Shown piece by piece: positions 1 through 14,200 of a stretch of DNA of 64,000 nt. How positions within the stretch are numbered: position 1 is the first letter of the stretch; each line of letters begins with the position of its first letter. This DNA comes from Paraspadella gotoi. Its lineage: Eukaryota > Animalia > Chaetognatha. The notes under the pieces are model-generated. The model was not told the DNA's origin. It saw nothing but the letters and a program-made list of their open reading frames with translations, and did not search any database. Both the position numbers and the translations under genes were made by a program. The stretch spans positions 28,681,280 through 28,745,279 of the forward strand of contig CM119263.1 of NCBI GenBank assembly GCA_051294375.1, written 5' to 3'.

Positions 1-447
1 CTTTTCTTTTTATTCTTTTTTTCTCTCTTTTCGATTTTTCGACGGAGCCGGAGATTTTCCGGATCTCGTCCGCCAATTTCCGGCTCTCAGACGGTCCAGT
101 CCGAATCTTTCGTCACCGGGTTTGAGCGATCGCTTCCGTGTCCCAGCGTTCGCATCCGGTTGTCATTTAATTTAATCCAAAAGTGGAAAAATGATAGGGT
201 TAGAAACTGATGACACAAAAAGATGATGTTAAACGATGATAATTTGTGAAGAAGTTATAAATAAGTAAAAGAGATTATGAATCATTGCAGGTTGAGTGTG
301 GTGATGCACTTTCTCTCTCTCCTTCTCTCTCTCCTCTCTCTCTCTCTCTCTCTTCTTCTCTCTCTCTCTCTCTTCTCTCTCTCTCTTACATCTCTGCTCT
401 CTCTCTTTTTCGAACCCATCGCGCAGAATCTTCCCTTTCATTTCCAG

Positions 448-1679
448 GATTAAGGTCTCGCGGTCTGATTTGTGGCATTTCGTCTTGGCCCGCTGCCCTT
501 TTGTCCGTCGACGACCAAGGGCAGGAAGAACAGCGACATCTGCAGCATCGACAGAGAATCGCGTGGCGGCGACGAGTTCAACAAAAGACTAACGAATCAG
601 AAAAACTTGAAGAAGCTGAACTCGGATCAAAACAGATTGAACAGTCGTTCTTAGAAACGAATCAGCCGAAACTCGAGCCGCTACCGGAGCCGAAACTCCA
701 GCCGCTACCCCAGCCAGACCCGCGCCTCCAGCACCAACAACAACTACAACAACAACAACAGCGTGAACAACAACGACGAGCCGGGGCTCCCCGGAGTCTT
801 CCGACTCTAAATGAAATTAAGGAGGTGATTCGTTGTCCATTGAGACAGAAACTGTGGATCCAAGCAAATTGTCAGATGAAGGGAAGCCACTTTCAGGACT
901 CTGCCCGACCGGAAGAAGAGAAAAATCTCTGTTGAGGCGCTGAGAGTTGGAAAGAATGGGGAGAGGGGGAGGGAGGGAAGGAGGGAGAGAGGGAGGGATG
1001 GAGAGGGTTGGGTGAGGAAGGAAGGGGATGGGAGGGGTGAAGGGAAGGAGAGGTGGGAGGAGCGGGAAGAGAGGGAGGGAGGGAAAGGCAGGAAGAAGGA
1101 GGCAAGAGGGAGAAGGAGGGGAAGGGTTTAGGGAAGATAGAGAAAGGGAGATGAGGAGGAACGAAGGGTTGGGAGAGGGAGAGAGGAAAGGAAGGAAGAA
1201 GAAGAAGAAGACGAAGAAGAAAAGAAAGGAAGTTTGTGAGAAAAAAAAAGATTAAATTTAGTTGATAGAAAAGAGAGGGAGAGAGATAGGAGAAAAGAAA
1301 AGAAGGAAGAGGAAGGGAGAGAAGGAAGGGAGAGGAAAAGACGAGGAAAGAAACCAAATAAAAATCATTGAAAAAAGTTAATAAAAGAAACGGATTATCG
1401 TTTTTTTTTCTCATTTCCTTTCTGTGTAACGTCTGGAAAAGGGGAAAAGGGTGACCGTGGGAGGAGCGAGAGAGAACAGGGTAGAATAAGAAATATGGAG
1501 GGCGGGAGTGAGAGGGAGAGAAAGAAAGGCTGAGCAATAAAGAATGAGAAGGTGAGGGAAAAGTAAGGAAAGTGAACGGGAATCGCTTTGCGACGTTTAG
1601 AAGTTGATTACTTCCGACGCTGAGCTACATTTCCAAGTCGTTGTGAAAGACGACGACGACGAATACGAGGAAAGGTGTG

Positions 1680-1745
<66 letters not shown>

Positions 1746-1873
1746 CTGATGATGATGACGACGAGTTTGACGTCTATAATAATGATGACCTACCCAAAAA
1801 AGTGTAAATTAAAATAAAACAATAAAAATACTTTTCATTTTATTGGATTTAAAAGTTGACTATTATGACGACG

Positions 1874-1920
<47 letters not shown>

Positions 1921-4900
1921 CCAAGGCAATCGAAGATGATGGTCTGGTTGTATTCTGCAATGGGCGGGCAAACGACAACGACTACGACGACGATGACGAT
2001 GACTTCAAAGAGAGAAAACAGATTCTGAACAACAACAACTACAACAGTGAACAACAACAACAACTCAAAAGACGATATTGTCGACTTAAACGATGTTGAT
2101 TCCTTCGCTTCGACGACGATGAAGACGACGACGACGAATCTGATTGCAATGACGACCGCGAAGACGACGAAGACGACAACGACGACAACGACGACAACGA
2201 CGACAACGACGACGACGACGACGATTTGGGTTCCCATTTCGATGCAGATGAGGAATCTGATTGGATCAAAGACGCCGACGAAGAGTTAATCAACTGCGTC
2301 CACGACTTTGGATGGAAACCGTTGCACGTCGCTGCCGCCAACGGGAATCTCAAGGTTTTGTTTTTGTTTTTATTTAGTTTTGTGTTTGTTTACGTTTTTG
2401 TTTTCGTAAATGTTTTTTTTTCTCTCAAACAATGTACTACGCACGGTGGAGTTATCAAAAGCTATTTAAAAATAAAACTAGAAAAAATAATATTTTTACA
2501 ATTCGATGTCTGTGATGAATGAGGCACGATGACGCGGGACGACGCCCACTTTGGCGTCAACGACAACAGTGACTAAACCTGTGGCGCCTTAATAACAAAA
2601 ACAACAATAACCTCAACAAGAACAACAACAACAAAAACTCCGACGGGATGACTCCCGATGTTTTTGACGAAATCGCGATTTTATTCTGAATCCAAAGTTT
2701 TGGGCGAAATTTCTCGAGTGGAATTCGCTCGCCTCGAATTTCCTCTCTCTCTCTCTCTTTCGTTTCAAGTGGAAAAAAGAGAGAGAGGGAAAATGGTCGA
2801 GAAACATTTTGGGTATAAACAAACAAACGGTTTGGAAAGAGTGGCAAAGATAGGTTAAAGGGTAGAAAAGAGAAGAGAAAGAGTGGCGAAGATAGGTTAA
2901 AGGGTNNNNNNNNNNAGAGAAAGAGGAGTAAAAAGGGGTTGAGGGGCAAAAAGATGAGCCACGGCAAGAGAAGCAAGATAGAATGGTAAAGACTAGCAAT
3001 GGTGAGAAAAGTGCCAAAGGACGTAATGAGAGCAAAATGTAGCTAAATGTAGCTGAATGTAGCAAGCTGTAGCTGTCAGAAATGAATGGGAGCGTCTGCC
3101 TTAATTAGATTAGGCCGTCTCTGTCTCTTTTCTCTCTTTCTCTCTTTCTCTCTCAAAAGAGATGAACTTTTGATTCAACCGAAAATGAGATTGAGTTCAT
3201 CAATCTCATTTGCATATTGTCGTATTCACATTGACTTGTCATAAATTTTATTCATGTGTCATTTCATGGTCTCATATCACGAATTCACTCTTGTCATTAG
3301 TGTAGCAATTGATGATAGGACTCTTGTCATTAGTGTAGCAATCGATGAAAGGTCTATTGTCATTAGTGTAGCAATTAATGCTAGGACTCTTGTCATTAGC
3401 GTAGCAATTGATGATAGGACTCTTATCATTAGAGTAGCAATTGATGATAGGACTCTTGTCATCAGTGTAGAAATTTATGATAGGACTCTTGTCATTAGTG
3501 TAGCAATTGATGATAGGACTCCATTACCTCACTACATCTCTCTCCTTGAAAATCAGGCTGCCAATTCTTTTCCTCGCCTTACCCTCGCCTTACCTTCGAT
3601 CCTTTTGGCCAATCTTCTCGCCCGACGCTTCATTAACTTTTCCGCCTCACCTCCCCGCGTCCGTCGCTCACCTGACCCGACGCGACTCCACCTTTTCACC
3701 TTTTCCATTCACCCTCACCCTCACGACATTCTCCCCCCCCCCACCCCTCGGGTGAATTCACAGGCGGTGAAGGAACTTTTGGATCGAAACGCCGACGTCG
3801 ACGCCAGAGACGAATTCACGAGGTTGTCGTCGTCGTCGTTGTTGTTGTTGNNNNNNNNNNNNNNNNNNNNNNNNNNNNNNNNNNNNNNNNNNNNNNNNNN
3901 NNNNNNNNNNNNNNNNNNNNNNNNNNNNNNNNNNNNNNNNNNNNNNNNNNNNNNNNNNNNNNNNNNNNNNNNNNNNNNNNNNNNNNNNNNNNNNNNNNNN
4001 NNNNNNNNNNNNNNNNNNNNNNNNNNNNNNNNNNNNNNNNNNNNNNNNNNNNNNNNNNNNNNNNNNNNNNNNNNNNNNNNNNNNNNNNNNNNNNNNNNCG
4101 AGATGACCACCCGGCACCGCGCCTCTTCCGGCGACTACGAGTGGTTCAAAGAGGCGCTCGCCCTCTTGCGGACGAGAGAGGCGGAGTTCTCGGACAAGAT
4201 CGATTCCAACGTCGGTGGAGATCTTTGTGGGGGGAATTGGAGTTGTTGTTGTTGTTGTTGTTATTGTTATTGATATTGTGGTTGTTGTTATTGTTGTTGT
4301 TATTGTTGTTGTTATTTTTATTTTTTTGGTTTTTTTTTGGGGTTTCCCGAGTTTTGCCTTTTAATTTTTAAGATACATGATTTATGCGTAACTAATTACT
4401 AATTACTAATTACAAATTACTAATTACTCCTCCTCCCTCACCCTTCTCCCCTCTCTTCCCCCCNNNNNNNNNNNNNNNNNNNNNNNNNNNNNNNNNNNNN
4501 NNNNNNNNNNNNNNNNNNNNNNNNNNNNNNNNNNNNNNNNNNNNNNNNNNNNNNNNNNNNNNNNNNNNNNNNNNNNNNNNNNNNNNNNNNNNNNNNNNNN
4601 NNNNNNNNNNNNNNNNNNNNNNNNNNNNNNNNNNNNNNNNNNNNGAGAGAGGTTGCGACGTCGACGCTGCAAGCGACGCCGGAACGACGCCGCTGGTGAG
4701 ATGGGCGCCGGGGGGTCAAAGCGCCGGTGATTAGGACGCCCGGGTTGTGGGAGCGCCGGTGAGTAAGCTGCCGGGGTGTGAGAAGGCCAATGAGAAGGGC
4801 GCCTGGTTATGAGAGCGCAGGTGAAAGTACCGAGCGCCGAGGTGTGAGAGCGAATGTGAAAGAGGACACAAAGGGGTGAGAAGATGACATAGCTAAAAAT

Positions 4901-7900
4901 TGTTTTCGAGAATGTCAGCGCCAACAAAAAGGAATCAACACAAATGACACTGCAGATAAAATGTTATAGTTAAAATTTCAATTGAATGAGTGTTTCAGAT
5001 TTTGTAACTGTCATGGAACAATGCGAGACGCTAAGACAAAAACACGAAAGAAGATTTTCGAAAAAAGATTAAACGTTCAACTTAGTCAATGAACTAATGA
5101 ACTAATGAACTAATGAACTAATGAACTAATGAAGATGCAAAGATCAATCGTCATTAGCGATGACGTCGGGGAGAGGTTAAGCGTCAGTCGAAGAATCAAT
5201 GCATCAATGATCGAAATGAATCAGAAAATCTTTTTTTATCTTGAGTGAATTGAATCGCAGAATTGAAAAGAATTTTATGCATAATCATCGTCATCTTCGT
5301 TCTCGTCATCATCTTCCTCATCATCTTCATCGTCGTTGTCATCGTCGTTTTCATCATTGTCGTTCGTCCATAATGTGAGCTTCTTTCTCTCACTGGTCCA
5401 GTGGTCCATCCATAAACCCGGGGGCGACCTTAATAGTCAGTCCGCTCGTGATTCTCGTTCCCTTTTCCCCATCCTCCCTCAACCTTCTTTCTTTCGTATG
5501 AGACAGGGGTATAGACAGCCTAGAATCAGGGGCAGGGGCATAGACAGCCTCGAAGCCCGTCAGCCTAAATCCTTCCAACAACCCATTGACTTGAGGTCAT
5601 CAAAACAAAGTCACTGACCAGAGTTTCACTAAAAATTTCATCTTGTAATGACGTGATATCACTCTAGTTTTATATGGCTGTAACCCAATGATCACGGTTT
5701 CCAGCCCTGGTCGGAACGGTCCTGACATANNNNNNNNNNNNNNNNNNNNNNNNNNNNNNNNNNNNNNNNNNNNNNNNNNNNNNNNNNNNNNNNNNNNNNN
5801 NNNNNNNNNNNNNNNNNNNNNNNNNNNNNNNNNNNNNNNNNNNNNNNNNNNNNNNNNNNNNNNNNNNNNNNNNNNNNNNNNNNNNNNNNNNNNNNNNNNN
5901 NNNNNNNNNNNNNNNNNNNNNNNNNNNNNNNNNNNNNNNNNNNNNNNNNNNNNNNNNNNNNNNNNNNNNNNNNNNNNNNNNNNNNNNNNNNNNNNNNNNN
6001 NNNNNNNNNNNNNNNNNNNNNNNNNNNNNNNNNNNNNNNNNNNNNNNNNNNNNNNNNNNNNNNNNNNNNNNNNNNNNNNNNNNNNNNNNNNNNNNNNNNN
6101 NNNNNNNNNNNNNNNNNNNNNNNNNNNNNNNNNNNNNNNNNNNNNNNNNNNNNNNNNNNNNNNNNNNNNNNTTATCATATTAGGACAGATATGTATTGAT
6201 AATGGGTCGACGAAAATTTTATGAATTGTGTATTAGTTCGATATTTACAATTACTTTTGAAAAAGCAGATGTCAGTGGATGTCAGGGTAACCAATGGGGG
6301 CATACTTAAGTGACTTTAGATACGAGATAAAATCAAAAAAATCTTGCCTTCAATTTATGAACTTGGCTCAGACTTTTACTCCATCGACAAATCAAGCGAG
6401 GCCCAGTTGACTACAGCGACATCTATCTCCTTAAAGCCGTTTACCCCCCCCCNNNNNNNNNNNNNNNNNNNNNNNNNNNNNNNNNNNNNNNNNNNNNNNN
6501 NNNNNNNNNNNNNNNNNNNNNNNNNNNNNNNNNNNNNNNNNNNNNNNNNNNNNNNNNNNNNNNNNNNNNNNNNNNNNNNNNNNNNNNNNNNNNNNNNNNN
6601 NNNNNNNNNNNNNNNNNNNNNNNNNNNNNNNNNNNNNNNNNNNNNNNNNNNNNNNNNNNNNNNNNNNNNNNNNNNNNNNNNNNNNNNNNNNNNNNNNNNN
6701 NNNNNNNNNNNNNNNNNNNNNNNNNNNNNNNNNNNAGAGAGAGAGAGAGAGAGAGAGAGATTGCGTCTTGAGACGGATTATGACTCTTCTTCGACTTATG
6801 CCAGTGGCCCCGCCCGCACAGACGCCCACTTATTAATAGTTATCCTTCGCCGAAAAATATTGGCCGGACGTCGTCTTCGTCGTCGTCGTCGTCATTGTCC
6901 ATATCATCGTCGTCGTCGTCACTGTCGTTGTCGTTGTCGGCGTCAATGTCATTATCTTTTTTTGTCGATTTTCTTTTGTTTTGTGTTGATGCGATCATCA
7001 TGTCCATCGCTCTCCTTTCGGTCAGAGGTCAATGACCTTTGGCAACACTCCCGCCTTAAAATACCTTCATTCTTGACTGCAACCATTGTCTCATTTTTCC
7101 CTCAGTCACCTTTCTTTCGTCATCCCCTTCCCCTCTGTCACCCACCATCCCCTTTGTCACCAACAATCCTCAATTTTTCAGGTGTCATGCGCGATGCGTA
7201 GGTGGCGCTTCGGTTGGTGGAATCGGCAACATCCCTTTGTCATTTTGTTTTTGGGTCCATCGGGAGTGGGAAAGACGGAGATGGCGAAAGAGGTCGCTGA
7301 GAATGACGATGACGACGACGACGACAAGGACGACGACGAAATATTTCTCAATCCTAATTCACAGATTTTAAAATTTTCAGGTGGCTGGATTTTTAGAGGA
7401 AGATTTCGGAAGCGAATTCGTTAGACTCGACATGTCTGAATATCAGGCGCGTTCATAAAAAAGAATATCAAATCAATCTACTAAAGATAATATTATTAGA
7501 CAATTTAATCATATGGGATGAAAAAATTCCTTCAGCTTAAGAATGCATTTTGTCGTTTTCCAGGAAAAACACTCGGTATCGAAACTGATCGGAGCTCCAC
7601 CAGGTGAATCAAATTGATATAATAGGAAAACGTTTTCTGAAGCACGGGGAAAACCCGGGCACAAGGGGGTTCGGACCGGAAGAGGCAAAGGTATAATAGC
7701 ATAGTGGCTAGGATCGCCATTACTGATCGCACATGACTCTATGATTGGCTTCGACAAACTGTTGGTGATGCCATAAATTGATGCCTTCACAGTTTCGGCT
7801 TGAAATATAAATATTGATAACTATGTTTTTTTTATTTTCTTGACCGCATCTAATACCCTCGTAATAAAAGGGAAATTGGCTTCGTGAAGAATCTAATGGG

Positions 7901-8286
7901 ATCAAAGGTCAAAGGTCAATATTGGCTTTTTGACCTTCGAATGATCAAATAGTCTTGGCTTTATGACTTCTTGGTGAAAGGTCATTATTGGCTTTTTGAC
8001 CTTCAAAAGATCAAATGGTCAATCTTAGCTGTATGACCTTCAAGGCATCAAAGGTCATTTAAGGCTTTGTGACCTTCAAGGGGTCAAAGGGTCAGTCTTA
8101 GCTGTATGACCTTCAAGGCATCAAAGGTCATTTAAGGCTTTGTGACCTTCAAGGGGTCAAAGGATCAGTCTTGCTTTCTTTGACCCTCGAAAAAGAAATG
8201 GAAGGGCGAGAATGAATTTGACCTTGGATCTCGTTCAGTGACCAGAAATGAGACTTCGGTTGCTGACCTCCCACGATCGCTCTTTT

Positions 8287-8339
<53 letters not shown>

Positions 8340-8666
8340 TCTGCTCTCTCTCTCTCTCTCTCTCGTCTCTACACTCGGCCTGATCAAAAGACTATCCTCT
8401 CTACCATCGCTTCAGGCTCCTCCGCTCCCCATAGTCACCACCCGCTCCATTAAGTCTATCCCGCTCCAACAGGCTACGTGGGTCACGACGTCGCTTCTCA
8501 CTTGACGAAAGAGTTGAAGCGAATCTCGAAGTCGAAGAAGGAATGCGTCGTCCTCTTGGATGAGGTGTGATTCGCGTGATGTGATGTGATGCGTGAGGTG
8601 TGATGTGATTTGTGAGGTGTGATGCTTGAAGTGAAGTGAAGGGAAAAAAACAATCGTCAGGATTTC

Positions 8667-8760
<94 letters not shown>

Positions 8761-9542
8761 CGACCATAGTGAGGATATCAATGACAACGATGGTGATGCC
8801 AATGTCAACGACGATGATAATAGCCACTCATCGCATCCAGGTGGAGAAGGCTCACCCGGATGTAATGATGGTGATGCTTCAACTCTTTGACGAAGGCCGA
8901 ATCACCGATTCTTACGGTGAGAGGGCGGGTGAGGTGTTTATGGGGAAAGAGTGAAGGTGGGCGAATGGGTGAGGGATGGGAAGTGGCAGGTGAGTAGCGG
9001 GTGAAAGGTGCGACCCCAAAGTTCGCTTATTCGCGTCCAACAAATTTCTTTTCCCCAAAAAAATAATCGAAAGACGAGGTTAAGTCTTTTCGACTTTCGT
9101 CGTTTCTCGATTTTGACAAATTGACGGGAGAGATGAAGACGACGACGACGACGACGACGACGACGGCTTTGCAATATGTCCCAACTCTATGCGGTGGTAG
9201 CGGGAAACATCCTTTCGGATGGCAAAAGAGACTAGAGTCTCAAGCAAACAAGGAGAAAGGCGAAATCCCGTTCTGTTTCTTGGGTTACGGAGTGGGCCAG
9301 GCCCAGCCGACCTGGTCAGTGACCAGTGGTCACCTCCCCCTCTTCCTCCCCTTACCAAATCCCTTGCCCCCTGCCCCCTTCCCCCTTCTCTCTCCCTTTT
9401 CCTATATCTTTCCCCACACTTTTTAAACAACATTCTGACAGCAGCCTCACAAGTCACTGTTGTCTGCTACCTAAGACAGGTTTGAGAGTGAGGTAGTTCC
9501 TTGACCTTGTTGGACGAATGCCTTTTAAGTCAAGTCAAGACC

Positions 9543-9577
<35 letters not shown>

Positions 9578-10146
9578 TACGAAGACGATGATGACGACGA
9601 CGAGGAAGAGGCATATTAGGACGACTTTTAATACATACATGCATATTAAAAATGTATGCTTCGCTTGGATCTTCCCTGCGCTAAACTGCTTGTGTGCGAC
9701 CAACTGGATGGAAAAAGCAAGACGGTTTCTCCAATCGCTTTGACTACTATTCAATTTCCTACTCCCTTACTCCTCCTCCTCCCCTCCTCCTCCTACTCCT
9801 CCTCCTCCCCCACCCCCCTCTCCAAGGTGAGACGGTAGAGTGCAAGAACGCCATCTTCATCATGACCTCGAATCTTGCCGCTTCCGTCATCAACGACAAA
9901 AAAGCAGACGACGTCTTCGATCGACAAACGTTTAGGGTCAAGGAGAATTTCGAGAATAAAGAGGTTTGATTGGTCGGTTTTGATTGGCTGGTTTTCATTG
10001 GAGGCTTGATTGGAGGCTTGATGCTTGGCGGTCGTAAGAAGAAAAGAAAAATAAAGAAAAAGGAAAAAGAAAAGGAAAAAGAAGAGATGAAGAGAAGAAG
10101 AGGAAAAGAAGACGAGGACAAGACAAAGAACAGAGAAGGAACGGAG

Positions 10147-10204
<58 letters not shown>

Positions 10205-10349
10205 GAGAGAGAGAAGAGAGGAGAGAAGAAAGAGAGCAGTAGTGTGAAAATTCCTCACCTCCTAATTGATTTCCGATTTTTGAGGTCGCAGTTCCATGGA
10301 AAAGAAATCTGATTTATTCGGACGAGAGAGAGAGAGAGAAGAGAGAGAT

Positions 10350-10431
<82 letters not shown>

Positions 10432-10567
10432 AGGGGCAAGGGAGGAAAAAAAGAGAAATGAGTCTATAAACTGGCGAGTTATTTAAAAATATGAAAATAA
10501 AGAAAAAATAAAAATAAAGAAAACGAAAGAAAGAAAGACACAAAAGAAATAAAGAGAGAAGAAAAAA

Positions 10568-10603
<36 letters not shown>

Positions 10604-10604
10604 A

Positions 10605-10635
<31 letters not shown>

Positions 10636-10925
10636 AAGAAAGAATAGAAAGAAAGACAGAAAGAACTTAGAAGGATGTCTCGATTAAGAAATGAGCGCGG
10701 AGAAAGAAGAGCTGACGTCTCCACTTACTTCATTTAAAATAAATTCGGAAAAAAGTTTGACTCAGAAAATGACGTCAGAGGAGGATGACGTCAAACGAAG
10801 AGAACTGGATGAAAAAAAATAATGAAGAAAGTGGCATTTGAAAGACTTGTCAAAGAAAGGGAAATAAGGAAATTGAAGAGATGAGAGAGAGAGAGGGGGG
10901 GGGAGAGAGAGAGGAGAGACGAGAG

Positions 10926-10961
<36 letters not shown>

Positions 10962-11156
10962 CGAGAGAGAGAGAGAGAGAAAGAAAGAGCAGAGAGAGAA
11001 GAGAAATTGAGAGAGACAGACAGACAGAGAGACAGACAGACAGATGAAATGTTCTCCTTTTCGTCGTAGATTCGTCCGTTGCTGAAAAAACATTCAAGAG
11101 AAGCGAACTTTCTCGGAGAATCAAGGAAATCGTCTTTTCCTGCCTTTCAGGTTGAG

Positions 11157-11244
<88 letters not shown>

Positions 11245-14200
11245 TTAATCAAAGAGAGGAAAATAGAGTGGCTTTTAAGGAACTGATTCGAACTCGATGA
11301 AAACTGATTTCTAAAAGCGAATATACAAACAAACTATAATTAAACTTAAACAACTTTTGTGTCATTTTTACTTTTGTATTTAAACGACGAGTTACAGTCA
11401 AAATAAATAATTCTTTTCATCTTGTGTATTTTCGACACGCACTGCATCGGAATTTCCTATTTTATTCTTTTTAGTTTTAGGATTCCCTGAGGGCGGCGCT
11501 TTAACGTAAGTGGGACAGACCGACGGACAGACATACCGACCGACAGACCGACCGAAAAGTGACTCGCGGCGCAACTAAAAATGTAAATGTAAATGTAAAT
11601 GTAAATGAGGATTTATCGGACAGCTATCACCGGTTTCTTTTTTCCCTTCCGTCTCCTTCTCTTTCTAACTCTCTTTCTCTTCGACTTCCTCCGTCCCTTC
11701 GTCTCCCTCTCCCTTTCTCTCTCCTTCTCTTTCCTCGGCTTTCCCCTCCCTTTCCAAACCCCCGGCGCCCTTCTCAAAAACTCCACTCCCTCTCGGCCTC
11801 GGTGGTGGATTCTCCGCACGAAACTCCAAACGGTCGAGGCGAAGTTCATGAAGGATTTTCTCGATTCTCCCGCCAGCGCCATCTCCGCCAGAAATTGCTC
11901 CATCCCCGACGCCGTCGCATCGAGCGTCGTCGTCCCGTTGAGAGTCTTCGACGGCGTCGTTCTCGGCTTCTCTTTCTCGTCCACGCAATTGATAGCGAAG
12001 CAAGGGATTAAGAGCCAACCCCTCCTCTTCATCCTCTCACGAACTTTCTCGCGCGACTCGTTCGTCATGATGACGACGGGAAGGTCGTCGTCGTCGTCGT
12101 CGTTCGCCAGCGCCGACTCCCGATCCACGATCGACTCGAAGGTGTCCAGATCAGTCCCGCAGAAGAACGTCGAGTTGATGGGCAAACTCCACTCGCAAAA
12201 GCTGAGTCGTCGTGTAAGAGAAAAAGATGAATATTTTTAACTCGAGATCGTCGTTGGATGTCGACACAAACTTTTTCCCGTGATTCCTCGTCACGTAATC
12301 GCCGCTCCGGTACTGAAAGAGCAGGAACCGCCCGCGCCGTATTCCCGTCTTCTTCATCATCGCGTCACGAATCCTAGCGACGCGATTCGTGACTCCCGAA
12401 AAATCCGTCATTTCCGGACGTTTGTTCCAATCGTCGATACGGCAGCGGATTCGACGGAAGCCGGAGGAGACATCCCTGGATACGGATTTCGGGGCAAAGT
12501 GCTGTGATAGGGAAAATGGGGAGGGGGAAGTATTATGAGATGTGATTGTCTCTAAAGATCAACGCCGTCACGTGACCTGGAGGAATGGATGGGGGGGAAG
12601 CTCGTAGAGCTCTGACTCAGGGAAGGCTTACGGAGCTGGGCCTTTTTTTCCAAGAAAGCCCAATTTTAACTTAAACTCGGAATTTGGTTAATTTTTTTTA
12701 GTTAAAGATTAGGTTAGAAGTTAGAGTTAGGGATTTGGTTTTTGATTGCGGTTAAAGACTAGCATTTAGGGTTAAAGATTCGGGTTAAGATTAGGGATAA
12801 GAGTTTAGGATTAGGTAAGGGTTAAGAATTAGGTTTTAAAATTAAAATCTGGAAAAAAACGAACAGAGAGCCACGCAACGAACACATTTTTTTTTCAAGA
12901 GAAAACTTAAGAATTTAAAACTATTTTTTCGTAAGAAAAGTTTTCAGCTATTTTTTTTAGATTTTTTTGATATTTTCTAACCTTGAGTAAAAAAGGAGAG
13001 GTTTGGAGATAATCGTCCCAACGCAGGTTGATTTCCGGTTCATTCAAGTGACCCGATCCAAACTGAATATGATCCACAATCACTGCGGAACAACGAGATT
13101 AAAGTCAGACTGTATTTTCTCTAGTATTCACCGTTTAAGATGGAACAATGAAAATCTTATTTTTAAAAACTTCAAAAATCATTACAACTTTCCTGTTAGA
13201 TTACTGAGACCCAAACTCTCGGAGGCCTTCAGCAAATTTCTCGCATCCTGAAGGCATTGCTGTAGAAGCAAAATCCTGTTGTTAAATCCTGCCGGTCCGC
13301 CCCAGCCATGCCCCGTGGGAATCATGAGAATTTGTTTGATGAGAGGGTTGGGTGTCACTTGAGCGATGAGTTTCGCTTGAGCGGTCGGTTTGACTTGAGC
13401 TGTCGATTTGACTTGAGCTGTCGATTTGACTTGAGCGATGTCGGGGTTTGTCTTGAGGCGATCGGTTGGACTTCCGGCGATCGGTTTTGACTTGAGTGGA
13501 GTCGGTTTGACTTGAGCGATCGGTTTTGACTTGAGCGAGTACGGTTTGGACTGAGCGATCGGTTTGTCTTGACCGGGTTTGAGTTAGCGGATGGATTTCA
13601 CTTGAGCGATTGGTTCAAGGTGACCAATTTGTTTGACTTGAACGAGTCGTTTGTTTTTATAAATTTTTTTTATGCAAATCGCAATTATAAATTGTCAATT
13701 TCAATTCTCACCGAAGTTACGTTGGGACGCGAAGAGGAAGAAGAGACCGAAGAGAAAACAGGAGAGGATAACAATTAATGGACGTCCTATGATGGCCGAC
13801 GCAGTAAACTTCATTTTTTGGTTTTTGTCTTTGTTTTTTTTTTGTTTTTTGTTTTTTTTTCTTGGGTTGGAAAGACGAAAAATAGGAGAACGTTGCTTTT
13901 ATAGTGGACTCAAATCGACCAACCGTTCGTCAGCGGCCATTGGTGCAGGAATCATTCGCCTCCCAACCCAAAAGGTCCGGGGTTCTAGCCCGGTGGTCGC
14001 CTAGCTTAACCCGCCTGTAACACGATGTTACAGCCTGATCCCATGCTCAGAGACTGCTTATATTGAACGGTTCTGTCACTAACTCACTCTCTTTACTTTC
14101 AAAAATTGTTAATAATTTTTTTTTTTTACAATCCAAACAAAATCATGAGAAATTATCGTTTTGTTTTTGTTTTTTTTAATTTATTGCCTATGCATTGATA

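Noticed and set aside
1604-2353. Poly-D, -T, -V and -S ORFs, and ER/SL dipeptide ORFs throughout the window
   Set aside because: These are translations of GAT, GAC and GA microsatellites in introns.
3254-3520. TLVISVAIDDR repeat protein
   Set aside because: It is a 33-bp minisatellite open on both strands, lying inside a CLPB intron.
11070-11150. CLPB pseudogenisation or programmed frameshift
   Set aside because: The shifts fall in short homopolymers in an error-prone assembly, while the catalytic motifs elsewhere are intact.
11110-11875. Shared GESRKS peptide in opposite-strand ORFs 11079 and 11613
   Set aside because: Short chance match; the + strand instance is probably an off-frame reading of the error-containing CLPB exon.
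12700-12840. Interstitial telomere or chromosome fusion site
   Set aside because: The tract is short, highly degenerate, single-orientation and intronic.
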